Position numbers and translations under genes: made by a program. Source: Lama glama (Eukaryota). From it: DNA of 64,000 nucleotides. The stretch is from the NCBI GenBank assembly GCA_028534125.1, contig CM052816.1, positions 53,384,001-53,448,000 on the forward strand. The letters are read 5' to 3'. Under the pieces are notes generated by a model, which searched no databases, was not told the DNA's origin, and worked only from the letters and a program-made list of their open reading frames with translations. Of this stretch, positions 61,001-64,000 are shown piece after piece. How positions within the stretch are numbered: the first letter of the stretch is position 1; the number at the start of each line of letters is the position of its first letter.

Positions 61001-62864
61001 CCTTAAATGTTCTGCTACATTGTCTCTCTCCGTTAGCAGCCCCGTTTTTAATTTTTATCTGTGTGTGTTCTCCTCCCTGTGGTTTTGGTAGATGGAGTAC
61101 CTAAGGATACCTAGTTTGAAAGTTGTCTTTCGTGTCATAGCTACAACTTTATGATCAATCCGCTCACAAGGTTGCTCCATATAAAGCTGAGATTCCGTGT
61201 TGCATGTCAGTGATCCTCACTGGCAGGGAGCAGGGATCCTCACTGGTAGGGAGCAGGAGCCGGCAGTCTAACCAGAACGCGCGTACTAGTCCTAAGCAGA
61301 CGTGTGCAGTTCTGGGAGCGTGTGTTAGTCCTGGGATTCAGTGGCTCACAGTCACTCCAGCGTTTTACTGGGGCAGGAGAAACTAGACCTCTTGAAGCCA
61401 CAGCAGCAGGTAGCGTTGCTAAGGCAGATGGGAGTAAGCTTTGCCCAGGTTTTCAGTTCTTAAACATTGGGTGTTTTCTCGGATTGTGCCTCGGCTTCTC
61501 CAGCTCACCCTTAGCAGAGGCTGGGCGAGGGTGGTCTTGGCGCAGGTCTGCTCTTCACCTGTGAGATGCCCTGTCCTATGTGCGTGGACCTGTTCCCTTA
61601 TTCCTGCTAATAATCAGGGGGTTCAAGTGAGTGTGTTGTTAGGTTCCGCTGAGACTTCTCTCCGGTCAGTTGACTCTGTTGGAGCAAAGTAGGTTCCCTA
61701 AAGAGTGAATTTAACAGGCGTTTAGTTTTGTTTTTATAGGTGCATTTGGAAAAGCTGGAATGGTTGGAGAAACTATTTCGCAGCACATCCAGGTGGCTTG
61801 AATGATCTGCCTCCACGCATCACACCAATTTTAAACAAGACTAAAGCTCTTAGCGCATTCCTCTTGTGGAGCGAGCGAGGTGCTCCGGGAGAAACGTGAA
61901 CTTGTGTGGGTGCTTAGGAGGTACTGAGCAAATAACTCTCCCAAGCCATGAGGGCCCCATCTGCCGAGCGGACATTTATGAACAGGACCCTGGTGGCTTA
62001 CAAGAGTTCATTTTTCTTTCCCAAGTGCCTTGCTCCCTTCCTGAAAGTAATGTGTTCATTGAAGATTTGGCCATACCAGATCTTTACAGAGACACTGCCG
62101 AGAAGTCCCACTCGTGGTGCAGTGGCGGACGAGGATGACTTTGCTGAGACGGGGCCTTAGATGTGGCCTCCTGATGGGGGAGGCGTTGGTTAAGGGGACG
62201 AGAACAAGTTGCCTTGTAACAGGTGTCTGTCTGATCTGATGTAACGGATCCCTCAGGGCGCGCAGATCCTGGTCGAGCGGGGCCTGAGAAGCACGCACAG
62301 TTTGGACCTGAGTGGTTTTGCGGGTGTGGGATCAGCCTCACAGTGACAGGCAGCTTGTCAGCAGTTCCCAAAACATCTGTCTCGAAGAGGGCAGTTGGAA
62401 TTCTTACCGGAGAGTGTTTCCAGTCATTGTCCATGAGAAACGAGAGTGAGTGGGAGTAAGTGAAACACAGATCAAGAGGAAATGAGTCTGTGCTCCACGA
62501 GGGATTACAATGCAGATGAAATGAATTCCATATTTTGGTTAGGAAATGTTTTCTTTTAGAAAAGAAAAGAGAGAGGAAAGCTTAGAGTCTGACCAAGTTA
62601 CTAAAAAGCAGACTCAGGTGCAGTATAACGCCTGTCGAAACAGACCCTTCAGTTCACTGTTTTTGGTTTTGTGTCCTGTTTGTGTGTGTATGTGTGTGTA
62701 ATGGCCCAGGACTTACTGGCACACTTTTCTGCCCTTGGCCCAACTTCCCCACCAAGGTGGCCTGACCTTACTGGAACGAGTCGTTTTAAAACTGCTGTCG
62801 TCAGCAGAGCTGTGGATCCTCGCTGCATCTGCACAGATCGGTGACTTGAAAATTCAGACAAATA

Positions 62865-63706
62865 CGAGTAGCCCCTCTTATCCACAGGGACACAGTTCCA
62901 AGACCTCCAGTGGATGCCTGAAATCTTGGGTGGCACCAAACCCTGTATGTCCTGTGATTTTCCCTATACACACATGCCCATGATAAAGTTTAATTTACAA
63001 ACTAGGCACAGGAAGAGATTAACAACAATAACTAATAATAAAATAGAGCAGTTATAACAATATGTTGTACAAAAAGTTACATGAGCGTAGTTTCTGTCTC
63101 GCTCAGAACATCTTATGGTACAGATTTAATGCCTTTTTCTTCTTAACTAAGCACTTGTCACGCGCTGTCTGTAAGTTTTGCAGTTTGAGGTGCGACAGCA
63201 AAACTAGCATGAATTTCTTTCTCCTTAACAATCTCAAGGATAGAAGATTCATTCTTACTGAATCTTAGCAACCTCAGTATGTGATTCTTTTTCTTTCCTT
63301 ATTAAGTCGAGAACTTTCACTTTTTCCCTTAAAGCAAGCCTTTTACGGCTTCTCTTTGGCAGATCCCTGTTTCCAGCTTCACTGCTCTCACCTCTGGGGC
63401 CACTGCTCAGCAAAATAAGGGTTACTTGAGCACAAGCACTTCGATACTGGGACGGGCACTCTGACAACCAAGACCAGGGCCACTGCTGACTAATGGGCGG
63501 GGCATGCTGGACAAGGGGCGATTCACATCCCTCCTGGGACAGAAGGGGGTGTTGCAAGATTTCATCCTGCTACTCAGAACGGCGTGTGATTTAAAACTTG
63601 TGAACTGTTTTATTTCTTGAATTTTCCATGTAGTGTTTTCAGGCCATGGTTGACCGTGGGTGACAAACCACAGGATGGGAAACTCGTGGATAAGGAGAGA
63701 CTGGTG
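62865..63706 (-). mobile_element. MER44/Tigger7-family non-autonomous DNA transposon
   Basis: TIRs (c)agtagcccctcttatcc / ggataaggagagactggtg, left TA target site; minus ORF RKRLALREKVKVLDLIRKEKESHTEVAKI resembles the Tigger transposase N-terminal HTH. Confidence 0.88.
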
Positions 63707-64000
63707 CGATATGCATTTATCCTATTGACAGCAGTCACAGCCGAGGTTTTCCCGGCTAAGTTATGAGAAAGGGTCTATGGGTTTTGATTTGGAGACTATA
63801 TGCCCACTCTGCCCCTCTGTATAAATCTAGGAATGGGGACAGTGATTTGCTCTTTGTGCATGGTGTTCACAATGTGCTACCTCTGATGACTCCAAACCAA
63901 AGAGCTCTGTCTTACCTCCTGAGGAGTCAGCCAGCAGGTAGTTCCTGGACGCGTGCTGTGTGCACTAGATGCTGTGTGAGGATGTGGCGTTGAGCGAGGG

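Noticed and set aside
61740..61792. Candidate exon (tttttatag|G ... CAG|gtggct)
   Set aside because: Weak donor and no other support.
63255..63557. Transposase-like ORF as a domesticated TIGD/CENP-B gene
   Set aside because: Only ~30 residues of the HTH inside an internally deleted MER44/Tigger7 element; no DDE domain.
1..64000. CRISPR array, operon-like cluster or other novel multi-gene system
   Set aside because: No regularly spaced repeat-spacer array and no intact coding genes. The only gene cluster is the mitochondrial gene order inside the NUMT. The host gene could not be named from sequence alone.

Overview
Mammalian genomic DNA, very probably camelid (tRNA-Ala-derived Vic-1-type SINE at 47468-47554 and camelid-type L1 3' ends). 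The window looks like intronic sequence of a large, probably + strand gene that I could not identify. There is no intact protein-coding gene; the ORF track is almost all noise from repeats and a 500-N gap. It contains many MIR, L2, L1, hAT/Tigger DNA transposon and MaLR/ERVL LTR remnants, and one strong candidate non-coding exon (41005-41065). The stand-out feature is an old ~2.35 kb nuclear copy of mitochondrial DNA (NUMT, ~49538-51891) with conserved gene order: COX2 3' part, tRNA-Lys, ATP8, ATP6, COX3, tRNA-Gly, ND3. It appears to sit in or next to an ancient L1 remnant and has decayed very unevenly. Other notable items are repeated local AT-to-GC/CpG-gaining patches inside old repeats, a tiny L1 insertion with a possible 3' transduction, and a fold-back inverted duplication. 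I found no convincing novel multi-gene biological system. Repeat family names come from recalled consensus sequences, not a database search, and repeat boundaries are approximate unless a TSD or TIR is given.
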